Origin: Rotaria socialis
Taxonomy: Eukaryota
DNA length: 64,000 bases
NCBI GenBank assembly: GCA_905331295.1
Contig: CAJNYD010000019.1
Coordinates: 1 to 64,000 of the forward strand
Direction of reading: 5' to 3'
Part shown: one piece after another, positions 12,242 to 25,651 of the stretch
How positions within the stretch are numbered: the first letter of the stretch is position 1
Layout of the letters: every line of letters begins with the position of its first letter
Translations under genes and position numbers: made by a program
The notes under the pieces: generated by a model
Database searches by the model: none
Seen by the model: the letters and a program-made list of their open reading frames with translations, nothing else
What the model was told of the DNA's origin: nothing

Positions 12242-15200
12242 ATGACCGAACCAAATGAAACAAACAGCAGTATTGACGGTACAGTTCTTAATAACCTATC
12301 TTGAAAGTAACTTTTTTACTTTCTAGAACAAGAACAACTCCGTCAAAAGTTATTATGGACCGTTAAACGAGAAGTAAATTTTGGTTTTAATTTATTTTTA
12401 AATAAAAAAAAAAATGTTGTTATTAGGTTAAACAAATTATGGAAGAAGCAGTGATGAAAAAATGTGTTCATGAAGAAAATTGTAGTGTAATAACACTATC
12501 GGGTAATAGCATATTCAAGTCATATTTCATTTCATTGATGGTGCTTATTTTTTTAGGTGCTGTTGAAGCATGTCTTCTACATGGTCTTAAACGACGTTCC
12601 GTAGGATTATTTAAGACAAGTACAACGACGGCACTGTTACAAAAAATTGCCAAAACCTGTCCATCTGCTGCCGAAGTTCTGAAAATTGTTGATAATGACA
12701 GTCGCCGTTGTATAGAATCAACGAATATATTCAGTTTTTCTAGGTACGATGGAATATCTATGACCAAAGAATTTAATTGATAAACAATGGAATACTTCTT
12801 CAGTAAAGCATTGTAGAATAGTTAAATTTTTGTTTTTAAAATCGATATAAATAGAAGCTGATATTATCGAGTTAAAATTTTAAGATAACAATCTTTTTGA
12901 TTTTCATTTATCGTTATTTTGACAACGAAACAACTATTCTAAACGATTGCAAGATCCGATCACAATATGTTTTGAGTAGTTTACATGGCTAAAGATTTTT
13001 CTTTTAAATTTATATTCAAAAAAAAAGAAATAAATCTTTTTCGTTTTATTAAAGGAAATTATCGAACAATGAAGAAAATCGACGCCGCTCCATCCGATCG
13101 GCGATGTACAATCGTTATTTATGGATTCGTACGGCACTTGTACATCGGTCACTTTGCAAAATTGTGGAATATATCGTTTATAGTAGTTCGTAAGTATATA
13201 GAAGTTATCGACTATTTTTTTTCTTTTTTAACTCTGCTATGTTGTAGAAAATATTATGAACGCTATGCACTTATTTCAAATTCTGTTCAAGGTCCAATTT
13301 TTGCTTCGTTGCTTGGTAAACTGAATTATATTCATGTCATTTTTAATCGAATTATATTTTTTAACAGTTGGTCCATGTGCAATTGAATTCACTCGATTAC
13401 AAATATCGGATCATCTTTGGACTGATTCTAATGCTAATGAACTTGTACAACGGCATCGTATGCATAGTGCTAATCGAATATCGACAAATAATTCATCAGG
13501 AATGATGATTCCAGTGAATACTTCTCAATCGCCCAAATTTCGACCAAGACTACAAGTGAACGTAAGATACACTTAAATTGACAAAAACAAAATACATCCG
13601 ATGTAAATCTATACACAGGCTAAACGTCATGCGAGTTCATCAAGCGAAGATTGTCAACGAACTGATCAATCCCAATCATTGTCAACGAATCCAGCCAAAG
13701 ACTATGTTGAATCGCTTCATCAAAATGCACGATCACAATTAATTTATGGAAAAAATAATGTTTTCGCGCAACCGGTAAAATAGTAGAGTGATCCGTCAAT
13801 CTAGAGAAATCTTCATTGCTTGCTGTTCTTCTGCTTACTAACTCCCTGATGCAATTTAACAAAATCCCCCGACTCATTATTTGATACTTAAAATTCTTAG
13901 GAGATTTTATTTGTTTTATGTTTTCTATATGGGTACTGCATATTCATAGGGGTTAAAAGATAATATATTCTTTCTCTGGTTGTTGTTGTTGTTGGATGGT
14001 AAAAAAAGACTAGAGCAATCTGAATGTTTCACTCAATTTTGAATATACATCAATACACCACCAGAATGTAATATATGGAAATTGCTATGTTCAATTAGAA
14101 AACTCACATTTTTCGAAGGTCATTCTGGACTTGTGATTCTCTATTTATATACGTATATATATATATGCCTATAGGAAATGAGATTTCAACCTAGAGAGGC
14201 TAATGCTTTTGATTGTCTCTTAGTTGTGCATTAAAACATGTTACATTTCAGAAGGAGAAGATCTCATGTCTAACTTTCTAGAAAAGAAAAAGAAGTCTAT
14301 TCATTCGTGAATATGCTCATTTGTTGAAGAAATTAAATTAGGAAAAAGAAAAATTATATTTATTATTGAGAAATCTATTTAGTTGAGTTCATAGTGTCAT
14401 CAACAAAGAATTCATGCGTCTTCATATCACGTAGGATTTAATATCTAGAGAAGAAAAGAAAAGGATGCCTACTAATTTTGTATAATTAATTTAAAGCATT
14501 CAGTTGATAAATGGTGAGAAATAAAATCTGTCCAGACCTACAATTACAAAAGAAATAAAATTCTATGGAAATTGAATATTTAATATTTTTTTTCTATTCA
14601 AGAATAATAAAAAATAACATTGATATATTATTCGATGTGGAATAAAATAGGTTATTTGTCAATGTTGAGTACTCTTTGAATCTTTTGTCTATAACTTAAT
14701 TGATACTTGTAGAAAAAAGTTTGCTTAAACATTTAACTTTGAGAGTATACCATTAGAAAAAGTGCTGATAACTGTAGATAATTATTTTCAAAATGGAGAT
14801 TCAACGTTTTTATTTTACACTAGATTGAGTTGTTTTGATTGAGTTCAAACTATCGTATCTACAATTTATACTTCGGTCAAAATGACCATTTTAGTTTTAT
14901 AGATCATGGCATCGAAGAAAAACAAGAAAGATATTGAAAATGTCACTTAAGTCATAAATAATAAAATCGTCATACTAATCGAATGGTGCGCGAGATAGAA
15001 AACAGCTTGATCACGTTAGAAGTTATCATGTTTGCTCTGCGAAATGCACTGACATTCATGTTATGCAAAAACTTGGCAGGCTTCAATTATACTGAAATAG
15101 TGACACAGTATAATTGTAAAATTTACTAAACTAGTTACCTCTGCAACTATAAATTAAAAGTAATTAAGTATAATTATCGTTAATTACAACCGAATACTTT

Positions 15201-18200
15201 CTAATAAAATTAGGTCTGTTAATTCTCTAACGAATAGCATAGAAGAATACGAGATTTAAATGATTATTCAACAGTAAAAAGCTAGATCAAATATTGAAAT
15301 GATCTAGATTATTATTCCTCATTTCAATTATCTCAAGCAAGTTTCCTTTGAAGATGATGATAAAAATATCCTGAGAATATTTTGCGTATTTCTGTTATTG
15401 CTAGGTTCCGGGTAATGATCCAATTCCTGGTTATTTATCTTTACATCTTAATCAAAATGGTTTGTTCTTAAAATGGACACCAAATCAACTAATGAATGGT
15501 TGTAGTAATAGTGGAAATAAAAGTAATTCACCAGATACAAATTCATTTGATAATCAAAATACAACTGAATCTCCAAAGCAATCGGGGTTTGAAATTTTTC
15601 TTTTTCAGTATATATTTTTTTCATAAATTAAAATCTCATTAGTATTCTATGGGATTATGCTATATCAGTGAAGATGTCTACTATTGTTTATCTTCATTGT
15701 CATCAACATGGTATGACGAAGAGCAAAAAATGTTTTACTTGAAGTATCTTTCATTGTTTTCTTTTCATCTTAAAGTTGACGGTGATCGTATTGTTCTTGT
15801 CGGTTGTGATGGCGTGCAATATCCTCCATTGCATATCAAAGATAAAGGGGGACATTTGCTAGCATTTTTATCTTGTTTGGAAAATGGTTTAGCACCACAT
15901 GGTCAACTTGATCCACCCTTATGTTTCGAAAAAGAACAAGGTTAGTCGAATTGTTAAATATATATAGTTACATGGTTCGAATCTACTTGAAAGAATTTCA
16001 AAATATGATGAAGATCTAATCTTTACAATATTGATATCCCATATATAAATGATGTATTGTCTATGTCATAGTTACTCTGATTTTGAAATTCATCATAATT
16101 ATATTTTGTTAATTTGAAATATATTGAATAAGAATTTTCTAGGAATCGTTTTTCCAAAATTACATCATCGAACCGACCGACAATCCATGACAATAAGTAC
16201 AAGTGATGAGAGTACTAATACACAAACACATCTAGATATAGCAGATGATGATACGAGCTCACCAAATGGCGATTATGTTTTTCGAATTATCTTCTTTGAT
16301 ACTCGTTAGTTATTTACATATTGTCTAGCATTTTCTATACATGTCTGCTTTCGTTGCTGTAATTATAGTGTATTTATTTCTATATGATCAACAATTGTTA
16401 TTGAATGATTTTTTTTACCTTTTGATTATTTAGCAGAACCATTGACTAGTACTAAACCAAGTCGATGGCAGTGGCCATCATTAAGAGGTAGTTCTCAATC
16501 ATCGTTGTCACCACGAGCGCAGAACCAATGTAGTAGTATGTCATTACCAGCTTCGCCGACCAATGTAACAATTGTGAATCCACCTATTAATGTTACAACA
16601 ACGATTGATTTACCTAAGAGTGCTTCAGTTAGGTAAAATAAAAGTATACTAATATTTGAAAACTTTTTCTGTAATGCCAACGATCAGTAATTGTAATACA
16701 GAAACGATAGTTTAGGTAATCGGATCTGAATGAAAAGAAAATCCATATAAGCCTATTTAGTTTAATTATTGATTTGCTGTTTTTATTTTGAGGAATGTGA
16801 GCACATGTAATTAATTCCATACAATATATTGAAATTCATGACATATCAATTTATCAATTAGGTATTTTTGAAGTACACACTAAAAACGCATTGAATTTGC
16901 GTTGTTTCGAAATAGTAGAATCCGTTTTACTAATTCAAGCTTCATTAATGATCCAATTCCAAATAAGTATTAATAGGCATGATAAATACTATATTGAGAT
17001 CGTGCGTTTCGAATATGTCACACCAACATGTATTCTACATTATGACATACGTAGTATATATTTGAAGGCAGCAGTCTAAGAAACCAAATGTTTTAATTTC
17101 AGTACAAAGCTATTTCGTTCATAATCTATAGACTAAAATCTCATTAGGAGCACGAAGAGAACTCGACACGGCTACAAAAAATCTTAACAAAGTTCGCGAC
17201 CAAGAGGGTCTAATCTTGAGATAGAGCAATTTTTAGCTATTCACTGAAGTAGTATGCAATTGAGTTTGACCAATATATAAATTCAATCATAGCTACATTC
17301 TTTCAGAGATCATTTGACGTATCTATGGAAAAAAACTGCAGATCCGAAATTCACGAAACTCTTCATAACATAGTTCAATATACTTTTTCTAGTTATTTGT
17401 TACATTGATAATTTATGTTTAGAACATTAATGGCATCGTTATGTGATACAATGCGTCGTCAAATACTATCACGTGCATTTTATGGTTGGCTAGCATATTG
17501 TCGTCATTTGAAAACTGTTCGTACGCATTTAGCATCTCTTGTCTATCCGATGTCAATTGGAATGAATGACAAATTAGATAAAAAATTTTCTTTCACAATT
17601 GAAGCATGGACTCAATTGTTTGTTGATAAGCAAAAAGAACATTTACCTGTTGATAAGAAAGAAATACATCAAAGAATTTATTCTGGCGGTTGTGATCCAT
17701 CGATTCGAAAACAAGTTAGAGCAAATTTAAGGTTTTTTTGGTTACTTTATAATTTATTTTTAAGGTTTGGCCATTTCTTTTTTCACATTATTCATTTGAA
17801 TCAACGAGTGACGAACGAACAGAACACGATCACGTAGTAACTGATCGTTATCATAAATTAACAACTGAATGGCAAAGTGCTGAAGAAATAGTTAATAAAC
17901 TTAACAATCAACGTTCAAGTTGTTGTAAAATTTCGACAATAGACAAAGAGACAAGTCAAAACTCCAATGAAGCACTCCCATCATCATCGAAAAATATTGC
18001 TAAAAATTCATTAACAGTTTCTCATACTTTCCAACGAAAAGATTCAAATATTTCAAATGATGTTTTTTATGAAGTAAAATCAACAAGAAAACATTTTTAT
18101 TTGTAATTTTTCTTCTTTTCAGGAATGTCCAATACATACTGTAACAATTGAAACGCACGACCACCTAAATCAATTACCTATACCAGCACATCAATCTGTA

Positions 18201-20974
18201 CTTATTGCTCGTACACATACTGAGTCGGTGATTGATCGTTCGTCACCTTATAATATTATTGAAACAAATATACGTATCGATGATGATGATGATGACGAAA
18301 CTAATCTGTATTTTAAAACAATAGACGATAGCAATGAAATCATGATAACTGAACCACAAAACGACGAGAAAAAAGATGAAATATCGCCACCATCAAGTAC
18401 AGTATCGACAACTGACGTTTATATGGATGCTGTAGAAATTTTAAATGATGAACAATCCAGTAAAACTTATAGATAAATTAAATTTTATACCGCATATTTA
18501 ACTTTCATTGTAGATGGTTTATCTGCACCGATTAATTATGGCTCATTTACACAAGAAATTATCAATTCGTTTTCAGCTAATTTACATCGAATTGATAAAG
18601 ATGTGGTTAGATGTGATAGAAATTATCCTTATTTTATGAATTTGACTAATTTAAAAAAATTACGTAACATTCTGTGCACGTAAGTCTCTATAAAAACTAA
18701 AACCAATAAAAGACTTTCCTTTAAATTTGGACATTCTTTCTTTTATAAGTTAATTAGATTGTAGGATGACTGTCACATGTCATTTACTAACGAGGAAATT
18801 GGCTGGATAAAAACAGTCATGTTCAACTACAGCTTTATTTGAGAATAGTGCATTTGTATGCACGCTAAAGATTTATTGTAGAATTCTATAAATACTTAAA
18901 GTTGTTATTCTGAAAAAGAGCAAAAAATTAAAAAAAAACATCTGATTTGAATGCAATAAAAAACAGTTTTTTTTATTGAGTTTAATGATGTAAATATTGA
19001 TTTAAAAAAAGGTTTTCTTTTCAATTTTCAATTTTTGGTACAAAAATCCTGCAAATTCGATGATTTTGAAAAATAACTCCAAATAATCGTATTGTCAACT
19101 TCTGAATGAATCTAACTTTGTTTGCTGAGAGAGATGCTAGTCTGAACTACATATTTTGTAGCGGATATATTCTTTGTAAACGAATTTCAGAAGGAGAAAA
19201 TTTTCCTAAACCTCTAATAACGTTCTTATAATATTTTTTGTACTTCAACAGTATGTATTTCTAAATTATTTTAAGGTAGATGAGTTCAGTTGGATCAAAA
19301 AATATAGCGAATCAAAAGCTCTACCGATATCAGCTTCGATCGATCTTGATTTGTTTGTCCTAAAAGTTTTAAAACGCGAAAGTTTTGAAAAAGTGAGTCT
19401 TTTGTACGAACCATCCGTTAAAGAAACTATTAGTAGCCACTGCCTGCTAAAATTATCGAATTATATCTAAGCATAGAATTGTAGCGAAAACAAATATTTT
19501 GTCGTTGTAAAACGGTTAAGCAGGAGCCATGACAAAGATGGTGAGTCTCGATGGTAAAAAATTGTTTCTTAATATAGAAATACTTTGACTTCTAGCGTAT
19601 CATTAGAGAGCTACGGAATCATCATTAAGTCGTGCTTTCTCGTTTCTCGTGTAATTCAAGAAAAAACCTAACAGAAATTAACAAGAAATGTTTCTCAATG
19701 ATGAAGGCGAATCAAGTGACCATACATGAAGAGATGAAAATTCGTTGATTTAGATTGCTGTATTGATATTTGAGGTCGAATAACACACTATTGATAAAAC
19801 TATCTTAAAAGTTGGGCTTCTGATACTCTTTTGCACGATAAAGAGTTAAATTAATAAGTATGCAATTTGTTTGAGATATAAATGTTGCACTTTCCTTTTT
19901 CAGCAACACTCTCTATCAAAGTTTCAGTGCGCTTGCCTGGTGATTGAAAATTTTAATTTAACAATAAATGCGAGAGATACAAAATAAATAATAGTTAATT
20001 ATTATCAATTCACGCAAATTGTTTTTTTTCTTCATAGGTATGTATGGGATAATTTGACAGTTGGCTATATTCAAGGCATGTGTGATATTGTGGCACCATT
20101 GTTGGTTATTTATGATGAAGGTTATTATTAATTTACTGTAATATTATAATTTTTTCTGTGTTGTTTTCTATTTTTGCAGAAATAATAACATATAGCTGTT
20201 TTTGTAATTTAATGAAACGTCTAATACCAAATTTTCCTCATGGGACTGGTATGGATGAAAATTTTGGTCATATGCGTTCATTATTACAAATTCTTGATTC
20301 TGAACTCTACGAACATATACATCAAACGGGAGATTTTACTCATTTCTATTTTTGTTATCGTTGGTTTTTACTTGATTTAAAACGAGGTAGATAGATACTC
20401 GTTTTGCTCAAGATTGTACATTGACTGATTTTGTTTTTAGAATTCAATTATGACGATATATTTCTTGTATGGGAAATCATTGCTGCCGCCGAACGAATAG
20501 TTTCAAAACGATTTGTTCTATTTATTGCACTGGCGATGATGAAATATTATCGAGATATAATCTTAGACAATCGAATGAATTTTACAGATATTATCAAATT
20601 TTTTAATGGTTAGATTTTCTTTTATCAAAGTCAAATCTAGGGTTTCGACTACACAATACGAAATGCATCTAGCCGTTTTCTATTTGATGACGTATACATT
20701 ATCAGGGTTTCTACTGTTTACTATTATCACATTAATAGATGGTTTCACCTTCTAGTAAATGGTAGTGAAACTTGATAATGGATACATCATTATTTCAGTT
20801 TCTAGAAGTCTGCATATATGCTCGCGTGTACTTGAATAATATATACTTGACGTTTTTGATTTTTTCAAATTTTCGTTTTCTATAGAAATGGCCGAACGAC
20901 ATGATGCTCAAGAAATTTTGCGTATAGCACGTGAACTTTTACTCGAACTACAAAAATTAATTGATAACAAATGA
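12242..20974 (+). CDS. SGSM: Small G protein signaling modulator 1/2-like RabGAP (RUN + PH-like + split TBC domain), multi-exon
   Basis: [56 protein letters not shown]. Also [52 protein letters not shown] and [20 protein letters not shown] fingers [12 protein letters not shown] and GYIQGMCDI, plus [16 protein letters not shown] and [16 protein letters not shown]. Confidence 0.93.
20685..20792. repeat. Imperfect inverted repeat (hairpin, likely MITE relic) in the last SGSM intron
   Basis: TGATGACGTATACATTATCAGGGTTTCTACTGTTTACTA pairs with TAGTAAATGGTAGTGAAACTTGATAATGGATACATCATTA. Confidence 0.65.
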
Positions 20975-21386
20975 AAGAATGCTTATAATACAGTGAATAT
21001 TGAGTCTACCTTATATTAACGATAAACTTTTGTTTTCGTTCTCTTGTTGTCAGTATACTGTTATCGGTTCTTTTTTGACTTTTCGCTTTGGTTTAGTTAG
21101 AAATTCTAGTCATCTACATATTGTGAAACATATTTATTAATGTCTATTTATTTTGGTAATGCTTTGCATCGATGAAATCATTCTGTCACATTTGTGCAAA
21201 TGTCCTTCATTTATTGTTGTGATCGAACAGAAATTATTTTATGTTGTTCTATTTATTGCTGTTGTTTTAAAATAAATACTATCTATTGAAAGTACAAGGA
21301 TACATTTTTCATATCATGAACGACTCGCACTCAGCAATAAGCCATGCTGATGTCATTATTGCCAGAGGCTTTACGCATATACGAAC

Positions 21387-21768
21387 CAGAGACGTGCACA
21401 GGACAGGGCGGTCCTGCTGTCATGGTGTCCTGTCCTGCCCTGTCCTGGAGGACAGGATGAGATTTCAATTTTTTCCTGCGCTGACGCCCGCCAGGACCAG
21501 AATAGCCAGCAGGACAGGTAAGAACAGGACAAAAAAATCTTGTCCTGCGCACGTCTCTGAATTTGAAAATGATATCAAATAGATTATTTCTAAAATTACT
21601 AATAGTAATGTTTATTTTGATCAACAATAGCTAGCGTTCGGGCTCATAATTAGTCTTCAGTCACTAGCAAAACCAGAAGAAATGAGTAACACTAACCGGG
21701 ATACGGCTTTAACGTATTGTCCTGTCGCCCGCCAGGACACAAAAAGTCTTGTCCTGTGCACGTGTCTG
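21387..21768. mobile_element. hAT-like MITE with perfect 8-bp TSD
   Basis: TSD ATACGAAC at 21379-21386 and 21769-21776. TIRs CAGAGACGTGCACAGGACA / TGTCCTGTGCACGTGTCTG. Many internal AGGAC/GTCCT motifs. Confidence 0.9.
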
Positions 21769-22355
21769 ATACGAACGGTTGCTAACGGCTGTTCACTAGG
21801 TATATAATTACGACTACATACGGCAGAATAAAAAAATGGTCGTAATATTGTGTTTACCAGATATCAAATAACGATAGCGAACGGTATGAAAAATTAGTAA
21901 ATCACAAAACATGACTATTGTGGAGACTGTTGCTATTGTTCTGGCTGTTAAATCGAAGTCGATTGAGAGAGAAAACGAGTTATGATAATCATTACACATG
22001 GTTAAAGGTAACGAATTTGATGATATCAAGTGGAAAAATATTCGATTTAGATAAATTATCCAAAATTCAAACATGAGATCCAAACGAGTTCTCGAAAAAT
22101 TTGACATACGCTATCGTCATGATAGTATCTGGACCTGATACAGTATATTTCCAGTTGTTATTTACTAGGATAGATTGTAATGATTAAAAGAGTGTTGATT
22201 CAAATAGCATTGCTACGAGAAAACCATACTTCCCATTGTCCCTATGTTACCGACTGTTGATCTATTTATGTTCTCTTGTGACCTCTGATTTATTGATATA
22301 TACATATTGCACGTATGAAGTACCATATAGATTAGCATTAATGCAATAAAATTGC

Positions 22356-22881
22356 TTTTTGTGTACTCAAAAAGTGAGTACACTCTAGAATCGGTCAGTG
22401 TGTCCGGTCGGCCGGCCGTAGGCACGATAACTTGCGAAAGGAGAGTCAGACCGTGATGAAATTTTCCACACAGTTCAATCTCATGAATATCTCGGTCGAG
22501 TTCGAAGATGAGAAGAATCCCTCAACAAATGGTTGAGTTATCGAAAAAATTGTCATTTTTGACCAGGCCATCCCTGAGGAGGAGTACAGGGAATTTTTTT
22601 CAAAAAATAAATCTTTCTCAGAATTATTCACAACATATATAAATCGACTCAGTTTTTAACGCTGATTCCGAATCTGATATTAGTTTTGAGCTAAACCGTA
22701 GCTTTCTGATGAAACATCGCCTGAAAAACGTCTCAAAATGCACAAAAACTGCATCCAGAAATCAAATTGCCTAGTTTCTCATGATAATTTTGGTGTTCAG
22801 GCATTCTAGAATGACTCATACACCCCATGCACTTTTTGCAGTACACATAACTTTCGGATGAAATCCGAAGTTTCCACATTT
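22356..22881 (+). mobile_element. HINE/DINE-1-like non-autonomous Helentron-type element, copy 2
   Basis: TTTTT-GTGTACTC-aaaaagt-GAGTACAC, a GTCCGGTCGGCCGGCC tract, core shared with 7011-7340, 3' subterminal GTACACATAA complementary to the 5' end, 3' hairpin TTCGGAT-gaa-ATCCGAA and T-rich flanks. Confidence 0.75.
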
Positions 22882-25651
22882 ATTATATTTGATATAAACG
22901 AAACAGTAAGTCATAATAGCAGTATACTTTGCAACTCATTGCTTCAGGCTTTTTTCATGGTAATTTTCAAGAAATACAATAAGAAGATATCAAGTGATAT
23001 ATAGTAACAACAGATTATTTATAGAGGATTTGAGAATTTTTTCTCAATGTTGTCGTTTATAATCTCTACAAACAGATTAAAATCGTTATCTTACGTAGAT
23101 CTATCAAAACTCTTTCTTTCTCAAGGCTCAATTGCCATAAAGGAATCGTAGTAAACAATTTTTGTTCGACTTGTTTCTGTATTCGAACTCATCTCTGTTT
23201 TAAAAACTACCTTGAAAAGAGTAATTAGAATTTAAAATAAAATCTAAATGAAAAGGAAAAAGTAATATTAGAAGGTTGAGCAGCAGGGGTTCGGTGAAGA
23301 ATGTCGTTTCCGCCCTAGAAAGATTACATCGACATTGTTTTAAAATCCTATAAATATAAGCGAGTGTAATATGGCATTCTGTCGAATGAAGATTTGATAT
23401 AGCATGTGCGAGAAAAGAGCTTTTTATATTCGATTAAAAATGAAGAAATGTTAGCCATCTGACATTTTTTTTGCATCGCTTAATTCATAAAAATAATTAA
23501 CTGTCGGTTGCAAAATGCAGCACTTGCGCTTTAGTTTTCTTTGAAGTTTGACAAAACTTCAATTAGCCACTAATTAATTATTAAGACCAGCATTCTGCAA
23601 GTGTTTTCTGCTGCACATCTATAACATTTATTGCAATGACCTCTATCGCATGTCAGCACATCATCAGTGGTTGTTTGACTAGATCCAATGATCTATTTAT
23701 TTTCGATTTCTGTATGACACCAACTGCTACAATCGATTAAATCAAACTGGCTCATTATTTCATTAAGACGTGGTATTATTTATTCTTTCTCTCTATTCTT
23801 GATAAAATTCCCAGCAACTCTCTAGAGTATTATAGATGATGGTTGGATTTGGAGCATTAGACATAACTTGTTATTCTTGATTTAATTATCTACATTAAGA
23901 GTTACATTCAACAAATAGTCGATAGAAAGAATCTTTTATTCTTAAAATTTTACGCACATCTGAGAGAAATCTAAGAACACTAACATCCGAGATAATCTTA
24001 AGAGATGTTTCTCCTGAGTTGAATTGATTGTTTTTGCCGATAGATATGGTACATTACAAGGTTAGAAATCATAAGAGGCTTTCAACTTCGAGAGAAATAA
24101 CTCTTTGAAATCAAAGATATCTATTGATGTTCTTAGTAAATTGTTTGTCTTGCGATTATATTCACTGTGCTTCTAATCGCAGTTTTGTTTCAAAGAGAGT
24201 ACATCTACATTCGAGTATTCTCTATTGTATCGTTGATAGAGTTTTTTTTTGTAAAAAGAGATACTCCAATTTCAGTTCTTTCCTTATCTTTGAAACCATT
24301 GAGCTTTTATAAACAAAAAAAAACACTATTCTTTATATTCATGTGGTTTACGTGAGAAAAAGTAAAAAGTCTTTCTCTATGCAAAATCTGGCTGTATATA
24401 CTCTCATTCACAATTCTATCATTAATCATGAAAAACAAATTTCAAAAGTCAGTATTTATATTTTTTCTGTATGGCAGATTTGAATTCATTAGTCCGATCA
24501 GAGCAGAAACTTAAAAGTACGATCATTGCATTCATGATATGAACTTTTTAGCAGGCCGAATATCAATTTCAGAGCCAATTTGATTTATTCAGTACCTACA
24601 ATTTAGAGCGATGGAGAAATACTAACATTTAAGTACTGTTATATTTAAGAAGCTGCGTAGTTTTTCTATGTTAGGACATGGTGATTCGACCCTATTTGAT
24701 CGAAAATTTACCTTACAATACCAGATGGAAAAAACCTTCTGATATGTGATTCGATGCGTGTCTTCACCTTTTTCATTTAAACAACCGTTATTGTTATCGT
24801 CAGGTCTTTAAAAATAAAATTTCGCGCTTCTAATATTAACTGAAGACGAGAAAAATAGTGCAGCAATATAGAATAGTATTTTTATTACGAAAAAACAAAC
24901 GACAACATTTTATGAATGTCATTAATTTTTAGTTTTTCGTAGCATTTCATTAGGAATTATATTTGATGTGTTGACAGTTTTCTTTTTCTTTTTTTGATAT
25001 TCTTTAAAAATATAATTTCTAAACAGGACGCTCAGGCGATGTAGATAGCAAGTCTATTTGCTGTAGTTCTTCAAAAGCATTTTCCGTGTGTAAATCTCGT
25101 ACATCTTATTATCAGTTTCATGACTAAATCAATATAGATTTCTCTTCTCTGTGAATGTTTTTTCACTTCTACAAATAATATCGATAAATGAAAAGAATTA
25201 TATTCATGTATAGTTCGAATCTTTCTTAAAGTTAATTTAGTTGATTACTGATGTCATGTAGTTGACGTCTTGTTTTCTTTTGAGTCTTGAATTACTTTAA
25301 TATCTTTTGACGATGGAAAATGATCCTGCGTCAATAATAGTGCGTGATAAACAAAACCAAAAAGAAAAGAAAAGAAATATTTCGTCAAATAGAATTCCAT
25401 AATTATTTTCTCTTTAGATTATATATGATATGAGAAGTACTAAAAAAATGATTCTTACTATGGATTGCATTTACGTTTCACGCAACATATTACCATCAGC
25501 AATATGCAAATGAGTTACATGTTTCACTTATCATAATTGAATATGCAACGAATACGTAAGTATTGATTCACGTATTAAAAGAAATAAGCACGTATCTGTA
25601 AAGGTTTGTTGTATGTTTATTTTGGGTTGAAGCAAAAAATAAAAAAAAGAT

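Noticed and set aside
13850..19850. piggyBac-like ends (GGGTTAA near 13950; AAAGAGTTAA near 19845) in SGSM introns
   Set aside because: No convincing partner TIR found.
21814..22110. Possible degraded transposase fragment
   Set aside because: Multiple stops and no diagnostic motif I can recognise.
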